A DNA stretch of 62,964 nucleotides, counting the filler, from Reticulomyxa filosa (taxonomy: Eukaryota; Protista; Foraminifera): the NCBI GenBank assembly GCA_000512085.1. It is 18 parts of 18 records of this genome, joined end to end, with 100 filler letters (N's around TTAATTAATTAA, not from the genome) between each part and the next. Parts side by side here need not be neighbours in the genome. Positions count along the whole stretch, not along the records: positions 24,593 to 25,871 come from ASPP01030964.1; positions 25,972 to 32,968 come from ASPP01003778.1; positions 33,069 to 36,142 come from ASPP01026613.1; positions 36,243 to 40,515 come from ASPP01030759.1; 14 more parts are not named here. One strand, written 5' to 3'. Within the stretch, counting starts at the first letter, position 1; every line of letters begins with the position of its first letter. The position numbers and the translations under genes were made by a program. The notes below the pieces were generated by a model, which was not told the DNA's origin, searched no databases, and saw only the letters and a list, made by a program, of their open reading frames with translations. Below are positions 24,825 through 36,611 of this stretch, piece after piece.

Positions 24825-25871
24825 ATGATGCTGTCCGACCTGAGCGAGCTGTTCCTTTCCGCCCTGCCCAGCCTGCCCCTGTTTGCGTTACAGGCTGCGG
24901 CGGCGATCGGCATGATCGGTACCATCCTGGTGCTGACCCGTTATCGCGGGGTGGCCATCCGTCAGCGTGGCCTGCATCTGGGGGTGGGCATGGGGCTTAC
25001 CATCTACCTGATAGCCTGGTTCGTGTCGGCGTCGATGAAGGGGCCGGTGAAGCTGAATCTCACCACCGACTTGCTGCTGCTCAGCGGGGTGCTGGGTGGC
25101 TGGCCGGGCGGGCTGGCCTGCTACGTACTGAACACGCTGGCGCGCTGGCAGTTTGCGGGCACCGACCGGCTGCTGGCCAGCATGCTGGACACGGCGGTGC
25201 CGATGCTGCTGGGTTGCCTGTTGCACCGGCGTTGTCTGTTGCCCATCCGCCGCCGCTTCAGCTTGCGTGTGGTGCTGAAGGTATGGCTGGTCCGCGTGGT
25301 GGCAACCTACGCCGGCCTTGCGCTTGGCCTGAGCATCATCGTGTTGCCGCCAACGCTGATCGAGCAGTTCATCATGCTGCGCTTGCTGGTGCTGCCCTTG
25401 TCGTTCTGCATCCTGTACTTGTCGCTGCGCATGGTGTACATGGACGCGCAGATCGATGCGCAGCGCCGCCGCGAGCACAGGCTGGTGCGTACTGATGCCA
25501 TGAGCGGCTTGCCCAATCGGCTGGCGCTGGACGAATGCCTGGCCACGCAGCCGCTACCGTCGGGTTGCCTGCTGGTGCTGGAGCTGTGCCGGCTGCGCGA
25601 ATTCCTGTTGTTGTATGGCCCGCAAGCCGGCAGCAAGCTGTGGCAGGGATTGAGCCAGCAGCCGCCCGCCGCACCGCTGTGGCAGCCGTTGCAGGGCTAT
25701 CGCTGGCAGTTGTTCCAGTACGGCGATTTCTCGCTGGCCATCGTGCTGCACGATGCCCGCTTGCCTGCGCTGGAAATGTCGGGTGCAGTCGATGCATTCC
25801 TGGTCAGTCTAGGCGAATACGTCACCGCCGCCTGGCCGCAGTTCGTGCCGGGCTTTCGCTGTGCGGTGGTG
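24825..25871 (+). CDS. Bacterial 5TM-LYT-type membrane sensor + degenerate GGDEF domain, 3'-truncated
   Basis: GC-rich and intronless. TM segments with DLLLLSGVLGGWPGG, then RTDAMSGLPNRLAL. The GGDEF motif is replaced by YGDFS. Confidence 0.75.
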
Positions 25872-26167
25872 NNNNNNNNNNNNNNNNNNNNNNNNNNNNN
25901 NNNNNNNNNNNNNNNTTAATTAATTAANNNNNNNNNNNNNNNNNNNNNNNNNNNNNNNNNNNNNNNNNNNNTTTTTTTTTTTTTTTGTTAAATGAATATT
26001 TTTTTTTTATTGCAATTTTGAAAAATGGAAATTTATCATTCATTCATTTTGCACGACTTCATCAAACCAACAAAAATCGGAGAGAAAAAAAAACAACAAA
26101 ATTCATTTGAATAGTAAAAAAAAATTTTTTAAATGACTGATATAAAAACAAAAAAGTAAGATCCCTT

Positions 26168-26653
26168 TTATAAAACATTTCCTTGAACCAGTTCTAGAAC
26201 TTTGCTATAATGTATGGCATGATCCGTTTTTTCATCAAAACCAGCATCTCTCAACAATATAATAATGTCTTCTTTCGATAATCGATCATCACCCAAAGTC
26301 ATCAAGGCGTGTTTGAATTTGTCCAGTTGAATAAAACCTTTCTCATCAACAAACAACTCAAAGCTTTTTGCTATCTGTGCATCCTTGATCTCCAGGTCTG
26401 TTGCTCGTTTGGTTATATTCTTAAACTCTTCGTACGATATTTTGCTATTTTCATTCAATTTGAACTCATTTTGGATCTCTATAATGTGTTGGTTAAGGAG
26501 GCGCACCCCACAGCTTCTTACTGCGTCTGGTAAGTCTTTGAACACGATTTCGTTGTTCGCTTTCTTATCGTAGACTTGGAAGATCTCTTTAACTTGTTTT
26601 TCCCAATTAGGTGGTATCGTTGTTATTTCTTCTGCTCTTTCTGTTTGCGCCAT
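26168..26653 (-). CDS. EF-hand protein, myosin light chain / calmodulin-like
   Basis: VKEIFQVYDKK, ISYEEF, SFELFVDEKGFI, FKHALMTLGDDRLSKEDI; 161 aa. Confidence 0.85.
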   Translation of the reverse strand: MAQTERAEEITTIPPNWEKQVKEIFQVYDKKANNEIVFKDLPDAVRSCGVRLLNQHIIEIQNEFKLNENSKISYEEFKNITKRATDLEIKDAQIAKSFELFVDEKGFIQLDKFKHALMTLGDDRLSKEDIIILLRDAGFDEKTDHAIHYSKVLELVQGNVL

Positions 26654-27215
26654 TATTTAGCTTTTTTTGTTGATGACGGGGAATACACAGAGCTGACTCA
26701 ATATATCTATTTTTTTTTGATTATGATAACATTCAAGCGAAAAAAATACAATAATTGACATAAAATATAATTGTTTTAGAGTCTTATTTCACTTAAAAAC
26801 TGAAATTCTAGTACTTTGACTTGAAAAGAAAACACAACCACAAAGGTGATCGATTTTCTATGAAGAAACAATATTTTATCCAGTTTTTTTAAAAATATCT
26901 GCATTGAGTACTTTTTGAAAATAATTTTAAAAAGTTGGGCAAAATGCCATTTTAGATTTCAACCCTTTTGCATTCACTGCGTCATTAAAAATTTTACATG
27001 TAACGGTACCTTAAAAATTTTTAAATTTAGCATTATATATTCACATTAATAGATTGGAGATGAAGAAGATTATACAAAGTGTTTTGTGATCATAACAAAA
27101 CAAAGTAATTAATTGAGTTAGATGCTAAACATTTGAGATTTACAAACAATAATTCAACGCAAAAGAAACAAAATTTTCAAACGAGTCATTTACTTATTTC
27201 TTGCAAACAAAGATT

Positions 27216-29870
27216 TTACACAAGTTTTCTCTGTTGAAAAATGATGTCATAATCAGTGGTATCTTGGCTTTCCACGCAATACCATTCACTACTTTTATTG
27301 TTGCGAATTTCTGTCCTAATATCTTGCAACATTTGCTTGAATGGACAAGCACTCTTATATTTTTGCATGACAACAGTTTTCATACATTCACTCAATAATG
27401 ACAAGTCAGCTACTTGATGCCCTTTTGTAGTTGACCAAACTATTAAAAATCCATCGTCATTGTGGCCATAGGATGTCTCAGTTCCTCTCTTTACAATTTC
27501 ATAAGTTTTTGGAATGCTTTCACCACGACAAGTATCAATGATAAAAACTTTAGGGAAATCTTTGAATGATTCCATTTCATGACAATTAAATAATGAACGT
27601 ATTTTATCAATTGATATATATTTTCCATCACTCGCCACCAGCATATTTCCATTTTCTCCATGTCCACAAATAATCAATACCAACCCATCATATTTCTTCG
27701 TGTTTTTACGAAGTTCGAAATTAAGAATTATCCGATCCATAAAATCTTGGAAATCTCCTTTTGCCATTCTTGGAGATGGATTAAATACAACTTCATAATT
27801 CAATTCTTGCTCAAACAATTGTTTAAAATTATTAATATCCTTTTCTTTCACATTTTTAAGATTTTTCCACGTGTTATTGTCATCATATTCACTGATGGCA
27901 ATTAGTATTACCAATGGATTTTTAATAGTTTTTATTTTTCCAAGTGCTGCTGGCTGTTGAAATGAGATCCAAGTAATTTTAAATGTGGGTTCATTACTTT
28001 CAAATTCTTTCTTCATAGCTTCATCTGACTCAATAATATTATTCTTTATGTCAATTAATTGCAGTTTTAAATTTTCATTGTTTATTTTTTGGAAATGTTT
28101 TGAGTCTAAGCAATTATAACATTGACGAAGAAGTTCTTCAAATGTCAATTCTTTCATTTTTATTAATTTTTCTCTCTCGTCCACTATCACATGTGCCATC
28201 AACTATTTTGTATTTTTATTATTGTAATTTGAATTAAAAATAAAAAACAAAAAATATAGAGTAAGTTATCAACCTCTTCTTTATTTTCTTCATTGTGATC
28301 CTCTTTGGTTTGTTCTTCTTTGCTCATTATATCCTATTTGACAAATTTCAATCCATTGAATTTCCGTTATTGCTCCTTTTTAGTGAAGAAAAGAACAAAA
28401 CATCATCAGAATGATAATCAATATATGATTCAATTGCGGCATAAATTGCAACTATATTTTCATTGTTTAAGTCATGTTTCCATTTACTTTGACGTAACAA
28501 CCACGTTTCGAAATCATTATTTGACAATTGTTCAAATTTTGAAATGATTTCCTCTTTGTCTTTTTCATTTCTCTCTTTCCACCATTTCGTCCATTTCCTC
28601 TTCTCTTCTTTTTTCTGTTTTCATCGTATATTTACAAGTTAACTATCATTATAACATAACCAACAACTAAGATTCAATGCTTAACTTTTACACCCTCTTT
28701 TTTTACTATTTTTTTTGTTTCACCATTTATATTTTTTTCTTCTTCTGCTTTCAATTCGATTTTTTTCATTTCTTCTTTACTCGACCATTCATTCACTTTC
28801 GTTTTCATGTGTGTTAGCACAGATGCTCTTTTGTCATTTAATCCTCCGATAATATGCACATACATGCTGTCTTCACTCAATATTGCAGTACAAAAAGATA
28901 ATGGACTGGGCAAAATATTTTGGAATGTTATCCATTTGTTTTCTTGAATTAAGTACTTGTACACTGATTTTGAAATAACACTTTCATTATCTAATTCACC
29001 ATCCCATCCACCAAAGAACAAAATAACATCATTGACACATACATAGGCATAATGACGAAATGGTTCAATATCCTTACAAACAAACAGTTTATGAAATTGG
29101 AAAGTGTTGTCATCTTCATCATATTCAATTGATGATCCTGTCTTTTGACAAAATAACAACATTTCATTGTTTTTTTTCTTTTTATCTCTATTTTTTTCAC
29201 TTGTTTTCGTCATTTCTTGTCCATTTTCTGACTTTAATACAAAGCAATGATGCCTTATTGAATCAAAAATTGAAGTTGGTAAAGTATCATGTTTAATAAA
29301 TTGAAACGTATTTAAATTAAATACGCTAATATTATTTATTCTATAAGTAATAAATAATAAATGATTATCGCTTCCTCCAATCACTGCACGAGCTCCACTG
29401 TAACTATCATCATCTCTTCCAATGAGAATTGGATTCTTGTAATTATCTGTGAAGGTAATCCATCGATTGTATTTTTTTGATTTCTTTTCTTTCTTTGATT
29501 TATTCATTTCATTATCACCATCGTCATCATCATTACCCCATACACTTACATATTTCATCACAAATGCATGCCTTTTTGTATATTTATCTCCACCAAAAGA
29601 CAGTAAAGTGATTACATTGCTGTCTTTGTTATTATTGTTACCTATTAGTTTCACTACGCAGTGTCCAGCTAATTCAACGTCACTTGAATATGAACAGATA
29701 AACTTGTATTCATTTTTGAGTATATGATAAGAATAGCAATCGTTTTTGTCACGACCTCCACAAATAAGAATTTCGTGTTTGTGTAGCACACATTGAGACT
29801 GCGAAAGTGAAGTGGGCAACTCCTTCAAATTTTGAAAAGGAGTTGTTTGAGTTTTGTTTTGATTACCCAT
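27216..29870 (-). CDS. Kelch-repeat + helical linker + caspase-like (C14 peptidase) protein, multi-exon
   Basis: Start MGNQ. Kelch blades ILICGG, LLSFGG, ILFFGG, HIIGG. Linker exon WTKWWKERNEKDK. Caspase fold LVILIAISEYD, IICGHG, PKVFIIDTCRG. Confidence 0.75.
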
Positions 29871-30939
29871 ATTCTTAATGTTTTTAAAAGGATAAAGTGG
29901 CCCTTTTGAAAATAAAAAACTGTACTGTTTACGTACACAGCTACAACAGTTCGAAAGTAGAAAACAAGAGGGGACCGCAAATGAATTCAAAGAATACAGT
30001 TTTTTTAATTGTCTTTTAAAAAATTTTTCAAATTTTCCTTGTGATATTAAATATACAAAGGGTTTAGGTAGAATTATGTAGTATGGTGAAAATGAATCGC
30101 ATTTCATTTATTAAAAAAGGATCTTTTAGTTCATTATGAAGAACAATCTCTTTTGATAACAAAAAAAGAGTAAACCAACGCTTCAATAAACAATTAAAAA
30201 TCTAAATTTTGCAAGTGATACCAATAGTTGGACTCATAAATGTTTTTTTCAAAAATTAACAATCTTTGGTTAGAGTACCTATTTTATTTACATGTAAAGT
30301 TATATTGAATGAATTCGATTTATATAAAAAGATCGCAGCGTAGCCATGCTCAAGGATTTGAATCCAGTGATAGACCCATCATTAACTTTGAAAAGTAAAA
30401 ATATAATTGGTAGTGTTGTCGTGTTTAAGTAATTACTCATTTGAATTGATTTGACATAATCATAATTTTTAAAAACAAACAATAAGTAAATACATTTGTG
30501 AAGAAATGTTCAACTAGAACCAGTTTGAATATAATCGAGTTAAACTGAAAAATCAGATATTTTGGAATTTTCAATTGAAAGATTGCTGATTTGTCTTGAC
30601 ATTTAGGAAATATATTCAAGAAACATAAAAGAAATCTTTCTTCTTTTTTTTTTGCTATTGATTAGGCATCAACAAAACCAAATGTTCTAAAATGACTTTC
30701 CTTTGTGCGGAATAACCTTTGTCATACAAAAAAGTTTATCTTCGACAAGACCAAAGAAAATCTTCATAAACGATCCAATAGATTTTGTAATTTTTATACT
30801 CGCACTAATGAAAATCAAAATTTCTGTTACGATTCCGTGGTTTCCTTGTCGTCAACGAGTTTTGACAAGCCCCTTTATGGTTAGAAAAGTTCCAAGTTTT
30901 TTGTCGTATATCATCTAAGAAACACAATATAAGTGAAAA

Positions 30940-32270
30940 ATGGGCAATCCTTTCAGTAGAAGAGTAATTTCAAGACGACCATCAGTGGTAAGTTCATGTC
31001 AACCCACAATTCAGGAAACGGTTGTCTTTGAGACTTGGTTGTGTTTTAAGATAAATCTGTTAGAAGAAGTTAGAGTAGTTATTGAATATTGGATTCAAGC
31101 ATTAGGCATTATATTAGGATGGATTTCTAATTTTAACCTTATTTTCGACTGTGTTATGTTCCATTTGTTTATTTAAATATTCATTTGTTGTAATTTTCAT
31201 ATCACAATTTAACACAGATATATTAAATACATTTCGTTTATCCTATAATTTATCCGAAATATTTGACGAACCTATATTGTGGACGAACAGTATTGATTTT
31301 TTAGTATTCGATGGCTGTCCTTTCATTTGCTCTGGACTAAGTGATGCAATGGTTTGTGTATTTAATATTCGTGCCAACAAACAAGTTCGATCATTTAATC
31401 GACATTCAATTTTATCTTGTGTAAAATATTCACCATATCACTATCAAAATTATCATCTTCATATCATTTGTTCTTCGTCATATGATGTTATTCGTTTTTG
31501 TGATATTGACAGTAACAGACAATTGCAAATATTCAATGCGCATACTATTGTATTTGTGGCATTGCACTTTCACCGTTTAGTGGTGGCCGATTTTTATTCT
31601 CTGGATCTGATGACAAAACTGTTCGTTTATGAGATGTTGAAGTATACAAACTATAACAAATTTTCAATTTACATGAAAATATTGTTTGGTGTGTTGATAT
31701 TTCACCATTGCAAAGCAATAATAACAACAGTAATAAAAATAATGTTGATGTGATTGTTGATAGTGGATATACAATTTATTCTAGATCAAATGATAATATT
31801 TGCATATGGGATATTGAAATAGATAAAAAGTCCGTTAGATTCTACAAACATTAAGATGTAGTGCTTAATATAAAATACGGATCAAATGAACTAGGAAGTA
31901 GTGGTTTTGCAAATACAATATTATCTGGATCAGAAGACAGAAGGTTCGTTTGTGGAATATTCGGGCTAGTGAACAAATTCAAGTGTTCAATGGACATGAA
32001 CAGTGGGTTATGGCTGTTGAATATTCACCACTTGAAATAAGTCCCATTGGCGAAGTCAGTGGTAGTTCAAATGTGATATGCTCTGGATCATTGGATAATA
32101 CAATTCGTTTTTGAGATATTCGATCAAATAGGAATTCATTGTATGTTATAAATGGAGACAGAGAAGGTAATGAAGTATTGTGTCTTAAATTACTACAATT
32201 AAGAGAAAGCAATAATAGTTATCTTTGTCATGGTTCGAGAAACGGTACTATTCGTATTCGGAAATATCAA
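30940..32270 (+). pseudogene. WD40-repeat paralog with multiple stops and frameshifts
   Basis: Collinear with the 19912-21284 paralog. TGA replaces W codons (cgtttatgagat, cgtttttgagat), and the repeats are split across frames. Confidence 0.85.
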
Positions 32271-33179
32271 CATAAAAAATTTTTTTGACTGAATAAATGA
32301 AAGAGTTTTTTTCTATTAACATATATATTGCAACGATCTAATTTGTCACACTCTATCTTCACAAGTGCTGTTATTTCATCCTACTTGCGGTGACAAACGT
32401 TCTCTTATTAAAGTTCATACCAAAGATATATTCATTTTAAAAACAAATCGTAAAACGTGACTTTACAAAAATAACAATCCTTTTTCTACGTTCTCTGTTT
32501 TCATTGGTTAACTTATTTTTAAAGAACTAAAAACTTTTTAAGAGTAAGCAGAAATTAAAAACTCTATTCCAAGACTGAATTCCTTATTAGTTCTTTGCAA
32601 ATGTCTTTGCTCAAAGTGAATAATGAAGACGATAATATCGCCAGGAGCGACGATATAATAAGCATGTTGCTCAACCAACGCCCGTGGACGATGTTTTGCT
32701 GTCACGTTGGCGTAGTGTTACTAACTGGGGCAATTAAATATGAGCAATAGCTTAGAATATGTTAAACATGGCCTTTACAAACAATGCTTCAATCAATACT
32801 TACAATCCACAAGATCAAATAATTTTGTTTTGGAAATTACCTACGTTTGATTAATCGGCCTAATGACAACAACTGGCATTATGATGGATTGATTTTTGTG
32901 TGGAGTGGACGTGGAAGGCTTGAGATACATGATCACACTTTGACCACAAGTGATAGCAAAATAAAAAANNNNNNNNNNNNNNNNNNNNNNNNNNNNNNNN
33001 NNNNNNNNNNNNTTAATTAATTAANNNNNNNNNNNNNNNNNNNNNNNNNNNNNNNNNNNNNNNNNNNNGATTATTCCGCCAATGTAGCTCCAAGTGAACC
33101 ATTACCGCCGGTATCGACATTTTTACTTCACATACAAATGATGTTTGTTTTGTTCTTTTTCTTTTCAATAATGCAACAA

Positions 33180-34719
33180 TAGGTCATTTTCGTGCTTTTT
33201 TTTGCTTAAACAGACGCAAACGCCAGATTTTGCTGCTCTGAAAACGCCAAAGACTCCTTCTGATGATGGTGATGATCGTGATCATAATGTTCATTCCCAA
33301 CAGCTTGATTATGGCGTCGATCGACCGCAAGATTGGAATTCTTCAGACCATCTCCCACATAACAGTGGCTCTGTTTCGGCATCGATCCAAGCCAGCACAC
33401 TTCCCAAAACTCCTGATTCCAACGACGACATACAAGTCAATTACATCGCTGGAACAGAAGCATCAAAGACACTTCCTTCTCCTCATGACGATGCAGATTT
33501 GAATACGTCTGCAAATAATATCAAAACTGAAAAAAGTTTTGATACCAGCAAACCTGAGGCTTCATCGTTATCATCTGCGGTATGGAACTATTCGACCACC
33601 TCTCGATTACAAGCACTAAAGACTCCGTCCTCTGAACATGTTAATGATAGTGTACAATCACTATTATACATCCTGCTATTGTGCATCCTACTGTTGCAGC
33701 TCCCAATATTCCGCTCCCTCCGCTCACCATTCCTCCTCCCATTCAATTTCCTTCTACTATTTCATTTCCCAAAACACAAGTCCACAAAACTCCTACTTCC
33801 GATGACACAAAACCTGAAACAAATCCGCCTTTGAGTACATCTTTCAACATAGCGTCCAGCACCACTTCGATCAAGGTTATGCTTTCTATCATCTTTTTTT
33901 GTTTGATTTGATTTATACTTTTTTTTATTTTATTTTTTTTTTGGATATAAATAACACATAGACTTGTACAAATGACAACACACCTCCTTCTGATGAAGAA
34001 ACAGAATTGAACAATTCATCCACGAGACAAAAATCAACAAGCCATAACAGCGACTCGATTGGTTCAAACGAAAATAATAAGAAAAAATCTTCAAATGAAA
34101 AAAAAAAGATCGGGAAAAGAGTCAAAACGATTGGACAAAGACAATTACAAAAGAAGAATTTTCAAAGCTAGATTCTAGACAATCTATTGCACAATTGTTA
34201 GAATTAGTAAAAAAAGAAAGATCTCATTCCAATTCTCAGCCAATCAAAATACTATTATTTGAAACTAATAATTTTATAAGACAAAAATTAGAATAAAAAA
34301 GAGAAGACACCATAAAACAATTTATTTTGAATTGTCCCCTTGGCATTAGCATTTCATTTCCTGGAAAAGTAGACCGCCGCTCTGATTTGAAAGTTTTGGC
34401 GCAACATATCCACGTACCACTTTTAGGTATTGCCAAATTTGGCTTATTATTTTGCAATTCTGGACAAGAACGGTGTGCTGTTTTCTTATCCAAAAAAATT
34501 TTCTTCAAAGCAGCAGACCAACGCATCATTCCTTCTATTGCTTGGGACAATCAAAATGAAACAAATACTAATTTCGAACGATCAAAAAAATTCTTCCTAG
34601 GTAATTGTTTTAAAGAAGAAAATGAAATTAAAAGTTATATCGAACATACAATTCAGACCGGCTTTGTGGAAGTGCTATTGTTTGGATTACTAAAAATCTC
34701 AGTTTCGTTTTTAGTCTAA
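33180..34719 (+). pseudogene. Unknown low-complexity (P/S/T/D-rich) gene fragments, frameshifted
   Basis: ORFs 33202-33834, 33681-33911 and 34327-34719 have exon-like boundaries but shifted frames and an in-frame stop near 34293. Confidence 0.35.
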
Positions 34720-35190
34720 TTTTTAAACAAATAATATAATATAATATACACCATATTTGTTGTCGTTGCAATAGAAAAATCAACTATACCAATTAGAATC
34801 TATGTCGAACGAAAAACCTGATGATGTTAATATCCAAATCTTGTGATCCATCATTATGAAATCAGTTTGAAATGTTAACTAAGTTTTTTGATTTAAACTT
34901 TTGTCGTGTGGACATAATGGATAAATATTTTTCCAAAAAAGTCGGCAAATTTATTTGTTTGCTTACCAGTTGCGTTCTTAATTTTTCACAATAACTGATC
35001 CAAATTTCTTCTCAATTTTTTTTAAATAATGTTTCAGTAAATTTAAAAATGCAAAAAGTATTGAAGATTTATTGTGGCAATAATATAAATTTTTTTGACA
35101 AATGTCATGACGTGTCCTCCACGGAAGAGATTCAACATTCAAAAGCACAAGGTTTGGACCAACTAATCAAACTTTTTGGTGTATTGTTGA

Positions 35191-35664
35191 TCACAAACAT
35201 GCCCCAAGCATCCAATGTTTCCACTTTGTCGTTTGGTCCTCATTATCGCCAGTGCCATCAATGGCCCGATTCCACAATGCAGTTGAAAACTGATGTACTT
35301 CGCTGGGTCTGTCTTGCATCAACGAGGCAGCCACACTTTCAAACAGACGTCCACCAAAGTCTTGAATTTCGGGTGACATGGCACCACTGATCAAAGTGAT
35401 GACAGCTCCAAGCAATGACATGTAAGGAATGAGATGATGATGTCCGTTGGACACAAGTCCATCCAACACTTCCAAGTGATGTGACAGCACGGTCTTGGAC
35501 CATTTCAGTTTCAACTCGCTTGCTTCGTATTTGCGCGTTGTGCCATTGGTACCAATGGAAAACCAAGAGTTGTGAATATCATGGCCTTGCTTCATTTCAA
35601 CTACTTTTTTGACTAGTTTGGTTATCCATTGCGATATTGCGAGTTGTGGATTAGCACTTATCAT
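35191..35664 (-). CDS. Hypothetical protein (possibly a pseudogene fragment)
   Basis: 157-aa ORF with protein-like composition in a GC-elevated patch; no motif recognised. Confidence 0.35.
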   Translation of the reverse strand: MISANPQLAISQWITKLVKKVVEMKQGHDIHNSWFSIGTNGTTRKYEASELKLKWSKTVLSHHLEVLDGLVSNGHHHLIPYMSLLGAVITLISGAMSPEIQDFGGRLFESVAASLMQDRPSEVHQFSTALWNRAIDGTGDNEDQTTKWKHWMLGACL

Positions 35665-36242
35665 AGTGTCGCATAAGATGCTACCAAATGACCCGCATTG
35701 CGACGTGCTTCACACCACGTCCATCACTTTGGTGGCACAATCTTTGAATAGTCGCGGACTTAACGCAAACCAAAAGGTAGTCATATATTGTCGGAACAAA
35801 AATTTTATATGTTTTATTGACTGAATAATATGCTAATTAGAATTATTATTAGCCGTTGAATTAATGATATTTGTAGCGACATTCGTTTTATTGTCAGTAT
35901 CTTTGGCAGACTGAAAGGTAGTTAGTACAGTATGTACATATACAAAAATGATTTAGACATGTCTAAAAATTTGATATCTACGACCATATTTTTTTTGCGT
36001 AACAGCATTTTTATTTGGTAGTCAAAAAAAGAATGCTGCAGTGCAAATACGTTGATGAGCCTTAATTTCTCATCAAACACCCGAATGTTATTATAAATGC
36101 AAGCGATAAAAGTAAACTATTACTGTTCGTGCATATGCTGCANNNNNNNNNNNNNNNNNNNNNNNNNNNNNNNNNNNNNNNNNNNNTTAATTAATTAANN
36201 NNNNNNNNNNNNNNNNNNNNNNNNNNNNNNNNNNNNNNNNNN

Positions 36243-36497
36243 AAGGGCGGCGAGAAGGAAGCCTTCGCCTTCCTGAACGCCCTCAAGATCTTCAAGCTCG
36301 CGGTGAGCCTCGGCGGCACCGAGTCCCTCGCCAGCCACCCCGCCGCCATGACCCACTCCGGCGTCCCGCTCGAAGTCCGCGACCGCATCGGCGTTCTGGA
36401 CACGACGATCCGGCTGTCGGTGGGCATCGAGCATCCGGACGATCTGATTGCGGATCTGACTCAGGCGTTGGCCGTGGTGGGCGCTAGCAAAGAATGA
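36243..36497 (+). CDS. Bacterial cystathionine gamma-synthase / methionine gamma-lyase family, C-terminal end
   Basis: [32 protein letters not shown]...[18 protein letters not shown]. Confidence 0.92.
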   Translation, partial: KGGEKEAFAFLNALKIFKLAVSLGGTESLASHPAAMTHSGVPLEVRDRIGVLDTTIRLSVGIEHPDDLIADLTQALAVVGASKE

Positions 36498-36611
36498 GTA
36501 TGAAGACCTGTACAGATCAGACTGCGAACAAAATGACTGATCACCTAAACACTCTAGGTCTCACTGCATACGTGAGTATGAAAGCTCCAACTCGCTCCCT
36601 CAGCGCAGGAC

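Noticed and set aside
24809-25927. Multiple long overlapping ORFs in GC-rich contigs (also 36764-40563 and 49306-51058)
   Set aside because: These are shadow ORFs expected at high GC, opposite or out of frame to real genes.
31620-32120. TGA at tryptophan positions suggesting a reassigned genetic code
   Set aside because: The same gene also has frameshifts, another paralog has TAG at a W position, and intact genes use TGG. This is pseudogene decay.
32644-32711. Two adjacent short hairpins suggesting an ncRNA
   Set aside because: The stems are only 6-7 bp, with no recognisable family motif or second copy.
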